Positions 7,476-14,638 are shown, numbered from the stretch's first letter. The stretch is DNA of 24,000 nt from Christensenellales bacterium (GCA_050943075.1 JBMNOM010000007.1:1-24000); one strand, 5' to 3'. The notes: generated by a model from the sequence alone, not told the origin. Program-made: numbers and translations.

Positions 7476-8804
7476 ATGAAATTAAAAAATAAAAATTTTT
7501 TGGTGTATGGTCTTGGGGTTAGCGGAAAAGCAGTTGTTAACTTTTTGAAAAACCAGCGTGCCAATGTTTTTATTTACATAGACGAAGAAAACACAAATTT
7601 TGACTTGCAAAAATTTGCTTTTGATTCTGGCGTGCGTGTTTTTGATGTTGCAAATGATATTTCCAAAATTGATTTTGCTTGCGTTTCGCCCGGCATTTAT
7701 AACACTCATCTTTTGTCACTTTTAAAAATTGCTCAGGTTAAATTAATAAGTGAAGTTGAACTGGCCTTTAGGCAAATTAAACATGGAAAAATTGTTGCCG
7801 TCACAGGAACAAATGGCAAAACCACAACTGTGTCGTTAATTAACCATATTTTAACGCTGAATGGCAAAAAAAGTTTTGCGGTGGGGAATATTGGCCAGCC
7901 ATTTATCAGTATTGTTAATAAAGACGATAAACAAACTGTTTTTGTTGTTGAACTCAGTTCTTTTATGCTTGAAAATTTGCAAAAATTTAGGCCACACATA
8001 AGCGTGCTTTTAAATATATCACCAGATCATTTGAACAGGCATGCATCTTTTGAAATTTACAAAAATTTAAAGTTATCAGTTGCAAAAAATCAAAAATGTA
8101 AAGATGTGTTTTTGTTTGATTACAAACTTTTGCCAATTATATCACAGCAAAAATATAAGGGCAGACTAATGCCTTTTGGTGAAAAACAAAGTGTTTGTTT
8201 TGTTAATAACGATACACTTTACATAAATGGGGAAAAAGCTTTTGCTTTGAGTGAAATTAAAAAAGACAACACGCAAAATTTTGAAAACTTTTTTGCTGCA
8301 ATTTCTGTGGCACATCTTTTGGGTGTTTCAAATGAAGGAATTATTAAAGCAATTAACACGTTTGAAAAAAGCCCTCACAGAATTGAATTTGTGGGTGAGT
8401 TTAATGGAGTTAAATTTATTAACGACAGCAAAGCTACAAACCCAGCTTCAACTTGCTATGCTTTGCAAATGCAAGAAAAGAAGGTGATTTTGCTTTTGGG
8501 TGGAAGTGACAAAAACTATGATTTTGACTCAATTTTTGAATATAAGCAAAAAATTAAACATATATTTTGTTATGGACAAACTGGAACACAAATTTTTAAT
8601 TGTGCAAAAAAACATGGCTTCAAAAACATTAAAAAACTAAAGTTTTTCAAAGAAACTGTTTTGGGTGCTGTCACACACGCCAAAAAAGGCGATGTTGTGT
8701 TATTATCGCCCGCTTGTGCAAGTTTTGACGAGTTTTCAAGTTATAAAGAGCGTGGGGAAGTTTTTAAAAGGTTGGTTAATGGAAGTAGTTGTAAAGAAAC
8801 GTAA
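7476..8804 (+). CDS. murD: UDP-MurNAc-L-alanine:D-glutamate ligase
   Basis: 442 aa with N-terminal Rossmann GLGVSGKA, VTGTNGKTTT and the NISPDHLNRH motif. Conserved position after mraY. Confidence 0.93.
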   Translation: MKLKNKNFLVYGLGVSGKAVVNFLKNQRANVFIYIDEENTNFDLQKFAFDSGVRVFDVANDISKIDFACVSPGIYNTHLLSLLKIAQVKLISEVELAFRQIKHGKIVAVTGTNGKTTTVSLINHILTLNGKKSFAVGNIGQPFISIVNKDDKQTVFVVELSSFMLENLQKFRPHISVLLNISPDHLNRHASFEIYKNLKLSVAKNQKCKDVFLFDYKLLPIISQQKYKGRLMPFGEKQSVCFVNNDTLYINGEKAFALSEIKKDNTQNFENFFAAISVAHLLGVSNEGIIKAINTFEKSPHRIEFVGEFNGVKFINDSKATNPASTCYALQMQEKKVILLLGGSDKNYDFDSIFEYKQKIKHIFCYGQTGTQIFNCAKKHGFKNIKKLKFFKETVLGAVTHAKKGDVVLLSPACASFDEFSSYKERGEVFKRLVNGSSCKET

Positions 8805-9933
8805 AAAAGGCTTTAAAAATATTTTTAATTCTGTAAGCAAAGTTAAAATTGATGGGCTTTCGCTCACTGTTATTCTTGCTGTGTTTTTTTTAAGTGTTTT
8901 TGGCTGTATTATGGTTTACAGCGCAACTTATTACTCATCTTCTTTAAATGGTGGCAATCAATACAGATTTTTAATTAAACAAATTATTGGTGTTGTTATT
9001 GGTTTTTGCGCAATGACATTCTTTTACTTTTTTCCATACCAAAAACTTAAAAAATTTAAGTGGTGGGCAGTGCTTGTTGCAACCATTTTATTAATTCTTG
9101 TTTTTATTCCTGGCATTGGGGTTGAAAATTATGGTGCAAGACGCTGGATTGGGCTTCCGGGCTTTACTTTTCAACCAAGCGAAATTGCAAAGTTTGTTTT
9201 GGTTTTGTTTGCTGCTGTGCATTTAGCGGACAACTATGAAAACGTGAAAAAATTTAAAACAATTTTGCCAGTGCTTTTTGTTGGTGCGCTTTTTTGCGCC
9301 CTTGTTATTTTGGAGCCTAACATGAGCATTACAATGTGCTTGGGGCTAACACTTATAATAATGCTTTTCGTTGGTGGAATTAGTTTGAAAAACTTTTTGA
9401 CCTTAGCGCTTCCTGGTGCGGCACTTGTGCCAGCGCTGATTTTTATGGAACCATATAGAATTAAAAGGCTTATGGCATTTTTGGACCCATGGTCATCTCC
9501 AAAAGGCGAGGGGTTTCAATTAATTCAGTCGCTTTATTCTTTGGGCTCGGGTGGTTGGTTTGGTGTTGGACTTTTTAATTCAAGACAAAAATATTTGTTT
9601 TTGCCATTTTGTGAAAGTGATTTCATCTTTTCAATAATTGCCGAAGAAATTGGTTTTGTGGGTTCTGTGTTTGTTTTGTTGGTGTATGCTGTTTTAATTG
9701 TGGCATTAATCAAAATTGCAAAACGAGCAACAAACCGTTTTGCTGCGCTTTTTGTTTGTGGGGTGGCAGTTGTTATTTCCGTGCAAGTGTTAATTAACAT
9801 TGCAGTTGTCACAGGAAGCATTCCTCCAACTGGTTTGCCTTTGCCTTTCTTAAGTGCAGGCAGCACGTCACTTATGGTTTTTATGAGTTCGGTGGGCATT
9901 TGTTTAAATGTGCGCAAACAATCTAAATATTAA
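8779..9933 (+). CDS. ftsW: SEDS-family peptidoglycan glycosyltransferase FtsW/SpoVE
   Basis: SEDS motifs: QPSEIAKF, ESDFIFSIIAEEIGF, PPTGLPLPFLSAGSTS. I chose ATG at 8779 (MEVVVKKRKKG...), which overlaps the murD end by 26 nt. The track start at 8665 lies inside murD in another frame. Its position after murD equals spoVE in B. subtilis. Confidence 0.88.
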   Translation: MEVVVKKRKKGFKNIFNSVSKVKIDGLSLTVILAVFFLSVFGCIMVYSATYYSSSLNGGNQYRFLIKQIIGVVIGFCAMTFFYFFPYQKLKKFKWWAVLVATILLILVFIPGIGVENYGARRWIGLPGFTFQPSEIAKFVLVLFAAVHLADNYENVKKFKTILPVLFVGALFCALVILEPNMSITMCLGLTLIIMLFVGGISLKNFLTLALPGAALVPALIFMEPYRIKRLMAFLDPWSSPKGEGFQLIQSLYSLGSGGWFGVGLFNSRQKYLFLPFCESDFIFSIIAEEIGFVGSVFVLLVYAVLIVALIKIAKRATNRFAALFVCGVAVVISVQVLINIAVVTGSIPPTGLPLPFLSAGSTSLMVFMSSVGICLNVRKQSKY

Positions 9934-9961
9934 TAAACCACCTAAATATTGTGTCTATAAA

Positions 9962-10001
9962 ATAACACACATACAATTAGTTGTGTGTTATATATTTTTT
10001 T
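9962..10001 (+). terminator. hairpin plus T-run after ftsW (member of the CA/TG-arm hairpin family)
   Basis: Perfect 10-bp stem ATAACACACA (9962-9971) / TGTGTGTTAT (9982-9991), loop TACAATTAGT, then ATATTTTTTT. Confidence 0.55.
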
Positions 10002-10084
10002 ACATAATGTATGAACAAACCAGATTTACAAAAAAAATGATTAATTTCAAGAAGAAGTAATTTTATGCATTATCTTTTTTTAAC

Positions 10085-10113
10085 TTGCATTATTTTTATT
10101 GTAGTGATATAAT
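10085..10113 (+). promoter_or_regulatory. sigma-A promoter with extended -10, driving the large ncRNA
   Basis: TTGCAT (10085-10090), 17-nt spacer, TGATATAAT (10105-10113). The predicted TSS is near 10120. Confidence 0.6.
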
Positions 10114-10120
10114 AACTTTC

Positions 10121-10690
10121 GATTAGAGGCGCAGTATTCTAGTCATGAAACCATGTCAGGAAGATGCCAAAAGAGCATCGAAGGGCATATCGATGAAGTT
10201 TCTTGTGCTTGCTTTGGTTGCCCAAACCGGGGTGTGTGCTGGAAGTTAAGATTTTTGGGTAGGCTATAACGGCATATAGCCAGATTCCCAATTATCGTGG
10301 AGACCTACTTTAGTGCTAGATTTATCTATCCACTTTATAGGAGATGAACCTGCATTGCGGTTAAAGCTGTGTGCAGAGTAGCCTGCTTTGAGTGAGGGCT
10401 GGGGATAACAAAAAAAGCTAGTGATTGTTGCTGGCCAGCGACGATTGCCAAGCATTGTTTGAAACATTTTCTTGCAAAAGAAGCTAATGATGTGTGTTTT
10501 GTGTTTAGGAAAACTTCTAGACTGTTGAAGGAAACTTCAGGTATAGTGGGGATTATAGTGTGGTCTAAGTGGCGATTCGGTGTATGCGCCGGCTTAAAAG
10601 GAAACTGCTCGAACGGCGACGGCGAGTGCAAGGCGTCGGGGAAAACCTACCGAACCTATGCCGCAAGGTTTACCTACTGTGCTGCCTCTA
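10121..10690 (+). ncRNA. ole: large structured non-coding RNA, about 570 nt; candidate OLE (ornate large extremophilic) RNA
   Basis: The block is G+C-rich (67/120 G+C by hand count over 10561-10680, versus 10/60 over 10801-10860) and has no SD-led ORF. It has its own promoter and terminator.

Structure seen:
- End-closing helix: AGAGGCGCAGTA (10125-10136) with TACTGT-GCT-GCCTCT (10675-10689).
- Nested hairpin: GGCTATA/TATAGCC (10262-10281) inside TTGGG/CCCAA (10255-10291).
- An 8-bp stem at 10212-10232 with three G-U pairs.
- GTTGCT-GGCC-AGCGAC (10427-10442).
- GAAA-capped TTGAAG/CTTCAG (10525-10540).
- CGACG/CGTCG (10617-10638).
- AACCT/AGGTT (10644-10670).

The G-U pairs are only valid on the + strand. 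The context (oapA-like gene downstream, then argR-recN) matches my recollection of OLE loci. The confidence value is for a structured RNA; the OLE class itself is about 0.55. Confidence 0.7.
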
Positions 10691-10718
10691 AACATTTAAA
10701 AAAAATCATTTTTTTCTT

Positions 10719-10747
10719 CAACCTCTTTTTAGGGGTTGTTTTTTTAT
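10719..10747 (+). terminator. intrinsic terminator of the large ncRNA
   Basis: Stem CAACCTC (10719-10725) / GGGGTTG (10732-10738) with one U-G pair, loop TTTTTA, followed by a T8 run. Confidence 0.7.
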
Positions 10748-10949
10748 TTTGTTTTATTTTATTTCAATCATAATTGGAGTTTATTTAAAAGTTAAAAGCT
10801 GTTTTCTTTGGAAAATAAGAAAATGATTTATTTAAAATTCTGTTTAAAATTTTAGTGTTTTAAATGAATTTTATTGTGTTGGTGTATATCATAAAGTTTG
10901 TTATTTATTTAGTAATTAAGATATATAATATATAAAACATAAAAAATGT

Positions 10950-10977
10950 TTGCATAAATTTTTTAAATTGATATAAT
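10950..10977 (+). promoter_or_regulatory. sigma-A promoter with extended -10 for the oapA-like gene
   Basis: TTGCAT (10950-10955), 16-nt spacer, TGATATAAT (10969-10977). Same hexamers as the ncRNA promoter. Confidence 0.6.
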
Positions 10978-11025
10978 GTATTAAAAAAATAATCAACGCA
11001 ATAAAAACGCATTTAAGGAGAAAAA

Positions 11026-11679
11026 ATGTCAGAAGACAATCCTAACCCTTCCAAGATTAAAACAGTTGCCGAAGGTAAAGAAAAAGAAAAAAACAATAAA
11101 GATAAAAAGCAAGTTAAAACAGCAGGTAAGGCAGAAAAAAATGCTTGGGTTTGGCCACTTAAAGTGTTTGTTTTGTCAATGTCACTTTCCATTGTGTTCA
11201 GTATTGCAAGTGAATCGCTTATGAGTGTTGCTGGAATTGTGCTTTCAATTCTCACAGTTTTGTTGTTAATTTTCATTTCAATTATAACCGACATAATTGG
11301 TGTTGCAGTTGCAGTTTCCACGCCTGAGCCATTCAACTCAATGAGTGCAAGAAAGGTTAAGGGTGCAAAAGAGGCTTTGCTTTTAATTAAAAATGCGGAT
11401 AAAGTTTCTGTTATTTGCAACGATGTGATTGGTGATATTTGTGGCATTGTTTCTGGTGCGGGTGGTGCTGCCATTGTTGCGCGCATAACTTCGTCCATCA
11501 CAAGCCCAAGCATCATTATGCTCATCACGGCGTTAACTAGTGCCATTATTGCGGGCTTAACAATTTCAGGAAAATCATTTGGCAAAAACATTGCAATGGG
11601 GCAATCTGAAAAAATTGTTTTACAACTTGGCAAAATTTTAAGCCCTTTCAGATATGAAAAGAAAAACAATAAAGGTTAA
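11026..11679 (+). CDS. oapA: four-TM membrane protein with DxxxD motif; candidate OLE-associated protein A
   Basis: 217 aa with AAGGAG SD 7 nt upstream. It has a Lys/Glu-rich N-terminal tail (about 40 aa) and four hydrophobic segments (about aa 41-63, 68-97, 138-155, 163-183). The D133-V-I-G-D137 motif is at the start of TM3, with a related TDIIG in TM2. The gene is immediately downstream of the large RNA. The mirror ORF on the minus strand (11013..11669) has no SD. Confidence 0.6.
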   Translation: MSEDNPNPSKIKTVAEGKEKEKNNKDKKQVKTAGKAEKNAWVWPLKVFVLSMSLSIVFSIASESLMSVAGIVLSILTVLLLIFISIITDIIGVAVAVSTPEPFNSMSARKVKGAKEALLLIKNADKVSVICNDVIGDICGIVSGAGGAAIVARITSSITSPSIIMLITALTSAIIAGLTISGKSFGKNIAMGQSEKIVLQLGKILSPFRYEKKNNKG

Positions 11680-11701
11680 AAATAATTCGATACAAAATTA
11701 A

Positions 11702-11729
11702 TTTGGGTGCTTGCGCTCAAATTTTTTTG
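11702..11729 (+). terminator. probable intrinsic terminator after the oapA-like gene
   Basis: 7-bp stem TTGGGTG / CGCTCAA (two G-U pairs), loop CTTG, followed by ATTTTTTT. Confidence 0.45.
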
Positions 11730-12066
11730 TGCAATTTTCAAAATCAAATTTCATATTGTTCCTTAATTCAAATTTGTGATTTGTGTCAAGATGGAAATAA
11801 GGCGAGTGGTATTTGGTTTGTTTCATTTCAAAAAACTTTTTTTAAATTTTTGTTTTGAAATTACTTGCTAATTGTTAAAAAATTTATTTTAACTCTGTCT
11901 TTTGTAATTTGAAATTGTCTTCTTGTTTTTCTGCTTGAATTGTAAGGTGTTATTATTTTCGCTTCAATTTTAATCAACTTAGCAAAAGTTTGAAAGGTGA
12001 GTGGAGTGACTATTGCTTTTCTTTTAATTAAAAAAATTGAGTTTTGTTTTTATTTTTCAAAAACAC

Positions 12067-12097
12067 TTTTTGTAATTTTGAAGTGTGAAATTACAAA
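12067..12097. repeat. perfect 11-bp inverted repeat in the oapA-argR spacer
   Basis: TTTTGTAATTT (12067-12077) / AAATTACAAAA (12087-12097), 9-nt loop TGAAGTGTG. A related half-copy, TTTTGTAATTTGAAATTG, occurs at 11900-11917. Confidence 0.8.
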
Positions 12098-12192
12098 ATG
12101 AATGCTTGTTTATAATTATAAAAGTGCAATTTATGAATATGCAAAAGTGCAAATTTATATAAATTTTGCGTGAATATTTATACAAAAATCAC

Positions 12193-12221
12193 TTGCATAA
12201 TTATAAATTATATTGTATAAT
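12193..12221 (+). promoter_or_regulatory. sigma-A promoter for argR-recN
   Basis: TTGCAT (12193-12198), 17-nt spacer, TATAAT (12216-12221) with TG immediately upstream. Confidence 0.55.
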
Positions 12222-12232
12222 AATCAAAAAGT

Positions 12233-12264
12233 TGTGAATTAATATAAATTTATAAATATTCACA
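12233..12264. promoter_or_regulatory. ARG-box-like operator (two abutting half-degenerate boxes) between the -10 element and the argR SD
   Basis: TGTGAAT (12233-12239), N18, ATTCACA (12258-12264). This reads as TGAAT-TAAT-ATAAA plus TTTAT-AAAT-ATTCA, compared with the TGAAT-N4-ATTCA core of ArgR/AhrC boxes. A third site, TGAATATTTATACA, lies at 12171-12184 just upstream of the -35 element. Confidence 0.4.
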
Positions 12265-12324
12265 AACTGCCCCAATGTTAGAAAATTTAAGGCTTTCAAG
12301 GGTTTTTATAATAGGAGAAAACAA

Positions 12325-12786
12325 GTGGCACGATCTTCACGTCAATCAAAAATTTTAGAATTGATTTCAATGTTTGAAATTGAAACCCAAGATGAATTAG
12401 TTTCAAGATTGCGAGCAGCAGACTATGATATTACACAAGCAACAATCTCAAGAGATATTAAAGAACTTGGGCTCATTAAAATTTTAAGCCAAGAGTCTGG
12501 CAAGTATAAATACTCCATCGTTGAAACAAACGAAGGAGTTGTTTCAAACAAAAATATCATCATTTTTAAAGAGTCTGTCATTTCTGTTAAAGTTGCACAA
12601 AACCTTTGTATCATTAAAACAATTAAAGGAATGGCAAGCGCAATTTGTGGGCTTATTGATAAATTTAACTTGGATTCACTTATGGGTGCAGTTAATGGCG
12701 ACGACACAATAATGGTTATTTTCCCTAATTTTGAACTTGCAAAAAAAGCAACAGAAGCGCTTTTGAAATTGACAACAAACGCTTAA
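12325..12786 (+). CDS. argR: arginine repressor
   Basis: GTG start 7 nt after AGGAG. The N-terminal winged helix is RQSKILELI...ETQDELVSRLRAADYDITQATISRDIKELGLIK, and the C-terminal region has the GAVNGDDTIMVI (GDDT) oligomerisation/arginine-binding motif. Confidence 0.92.
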   Translation: MARSSRQSKILELISMFEIETQDELVSRLRAADYDITQATISRDIKELGLIKILSQESGKYKYSIVETNEGVVSNKNIIIFKESVISVKVAQNLCIIKTIKGMASAICGLIDKFNLDSLMGAVNGDDTIMVIFPNFELAKKATEALLKLTTNA

Positions 12787-12835
12787 ATTTATGTTATAAT
12801 AAAAAAGCAAAAGACAAATACGGAGTTATAAAAAA

Positions 12836-14512
12836 TTGATTGAGTCATTAAAAATTAAAAATACCGCACTTTTAAGAAATGAAAAAATTAATTTTGTGAG
12901 TGGGTTTAATGTTTTGCTTGGGGAAACCGGCGCAGGAAAAAGCATCATTTTGGATGCTTTAAATTTTGTTTTGGGGGCAAAAGCAGACAAGGAACTCATC
13001 ACTTATGGCGAAGAGGAAATGAAAGTTGAAGCCGTTTTTTCAAACTATTCAGACGAGGTTAAAGATGAACTTAAAAACCTTGACATTGAAGATGAAGAAC
13101 TTTTAATTATAACCCGCTCACTTTCACAAGCAGGCAAAAGTGAAATTAGAGTTAATGGCAATTCATTAACTTTAACCATGCTTAAAAACTTAACCAAATT
13201 TTTGGTGGACAGCTATTCTCAACACGAAAATTTAATTTTGTTAAAACCAAAAAATCATTTAAACATTTTGGATTCATACAACCCAGATTTGTTAACCCAA
13301 GAAAAAGAAGAACTTGGCGCACTTCTTGAAAGACTTAAAGAAATTAACAAACAAATGCAAAGCCTTGGTGGCGACAGCGAAAACCGTGAAAGGCTGTTAA
13401 GTTTATTAAAATTTCAAATTGACGAAATTAACGCACTTAACCCAAGTGAAAAAGAAGAAGAGCATTTAAAAGAATCAATTTTAAAAATGAGCAATGCATC
13501 AAAAATTGCAAACAACTTAATTGACGCTGTTAAAAGTTTGGACGAAGGACAATTTTCAAGTTTGACAGCACTTAAAAGTGCAATTAGAGCTTTAAATCAA
13601 ATTGAAACTTTTTCAAGTGAATATGCTTCTTTAAACGAAAGGCTTCAAAATGCAATGTATGAAATTGATGACGTTGCAAGCACATTAAAACAAGAAGCAC
13701 AAGAAGTTTATTTTGACGAAAATGAATTTGATAGATTAGACGCAAAACTTGATAAATACAAACTTATTAAAAAAAAATATGGCAACACTGTTGAAGATGT
13801 TTTAAAATTCTTGAAAAAAACAGAAACTGAATATGACAACCTTTTAAACGCGGAACAAAACCTTGCAAAATTGAAAAAACAAAAAGATGAAGTGCTTTTA
13901 AAAAGCGCAAAAGTTTGTGCGATTCTTAGCCAAAAACGAAAAATCATTGCAAAAGAACTTGAAGGTAAAATTAAGGCAGAACTTCACGAGTTGGGAATGA
14001 AGAATGTTGAGTTTATTACTCAATTTACAAAAAAAGAAACATTTGACGTCCAAGGCGACGAAGATGTTGAATTTTTGTTTTCAGCAAACGCTGGTGTGGA
14101 AGTTAAACCACTTTCAAAAATTATTTCTGGCGGGGAAATGAGCAGGTTAAGCCTTGCACTTAAAAACATCATCAAAGGCAAAAATGCTTGCCTTGTGTTT
14201 GACGAAATTGATTCTGGCATAAGTGGAGTGATTGGCGGAGCAGTTGCAACAAGAATTGCAAAAATTGCAAAAGACAATCAAGTGATTTGTATAAGCCACT
14301 CTGCACAAGTGTGTGCAATGGCAGACAAATTCTTGTTTGTTAAGAAAAATGTTGCAGACAACCAAACCACCACAACTGTTAAACCACTTGAGGAAGAAGA
14401 AATTGTTTATGAACTTGCAAAAATGATTGATGGCAAAACAATTTCACAAACCTCGATTGAATTTGCAAAACAACTTTACTTTAATTCAAAAGGCCAAAAA
14501 GAGAAGTTTTAA
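12836..14512 (+). CDS. recN: DNA repair protein RecN
   Basis: 558 aa, TTG start with GGAG upstream. It has Walker A GETGAGKSIILDAL, a long coiled coil, signature ISGGEMSRLSLAL and Walker B LVFDEIDSGISG. Conserved position after argR. Confidence 0.93.
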   Translation: MIESLKIKNTALLRNEKINFVSGFNVLLGETGAGKSIILDALNFVLGAKADKELITYGEEEMKVEAVFSNYSDEVKDELKNLDIEDEELLIITRSLSQAGKSEIRVNGNSLTLTMLKNLTKFLVDSYSQHENLILLKPKNHLNILDSYNPDLLTQEKEELGALLERLKEINKQMQSLGGDSENRERLLSLLKFQIDEINALNPSEKEEEHLKESILKMSNASKIANNLIDAVKSLDEGQFSSLTALKSAIRALNQIETFSSEYASLNERLQNAMYEIDDVASTLKQEAQEVYFDENEFDRLDAKLDKYKLIKKKYGNTVEDVLKFLKKTETEYDNLLNAEQNLAKLKKQKDEVLLKSAKVCAILSQKRKIIAKELEGKIKAELHELGMKNVEFITQFTKKETFDVQGDEDVEFLFSANAGVEVKPLSKIISGGEMSRLSLALKNIIKGKNACLVFDEIDSGISGVIGGAVATRIAKIAKDNQVICISHSAQVCAMADKFLFVKKNVADNQTTTTVKPLEEEEIVYELAKMIDGKTISQTSIEFAKQLYFNSKGQKEKF

Positions 14513-14610
14513 CACCTAAAAGCTGTCACTGAAAATTATAATTCATAATTTTAACAAAAGAAATATTTAAAGTAATCAAATAAAATAAACAACTTAAATT
14601 CAAATATCAA

Positions 14611-14638
14611 AAAGCAAAGCACACGCTTTGTTTTTTTA
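14611..14638 (+). terminator. intrinsic terminator after recN
   Basis: Stem CAAAGC (14615-14620) / GCTTTG (14625-14630), loop ACAC, A-run before and T7 after. Confidence 0.75.

Noticed and set aside
8665-8778. N-terminal 38 codons of the track ftsW ORF
   Set aside because: They lie inside murD in another frame. ATG 8779 gives the usual short basic N-terminus before the first TM helix.
10121-10690. Alternative identities for the RNA: tmRNA, RNase P RNA, SRP/scRNA, 6S RNA, or a riboswitch leader of the downstream gene
   Set aside because: I could not find a GAGGAAAGTCC-type P4 strand (RNase P), a tRNA-like GGGG...TCCACCA end or an alanine-rich tag ORF (tmRNA), or the SRP domain IV GGAAG/AGCA motif. 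It is far too long for 6S RNA or a riboswitch. It is also separated from the next gene by its own terminator, 280 nt of spacer and a second promoter.
10264-10773. Three track ORFs (10264..10467 -, 10335..10631 -, 10459..10773 +) inside the G+C-rich block
   Set aside because: None has an SD. They overlap one another on both strands, and their products are low-complexity with no recognisable domain. The + ORF reads through a hairpin plus T-run terminator. The region is better explained as a structured RNA.
11013-11669. 218-aa minus-strand ORF that mirrors the oapA-like gene
   Set aside because: It has no SD. The promoter, SD and terminator are all on the + strand. The + strand product has coherent TM helices and a charged tail, whereas the minus product is an antisense artefact of a hydrophobic gene.
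12006-12101. Possible 31-codon GTG ORF after the SD-like AAGGTGAGTGG in the oapA-argR spacer
   Set aside because: It rests on only a weak start context. The product (VTIAFLLIKKIEFCFYFSKTLFVILKCEITK) is what random AT-rich sequence gives, and the sister SD-like 11-mer at 11799 is followed by only a 10-codon frame. I kept it as part of the spacer finding, not as a gene.
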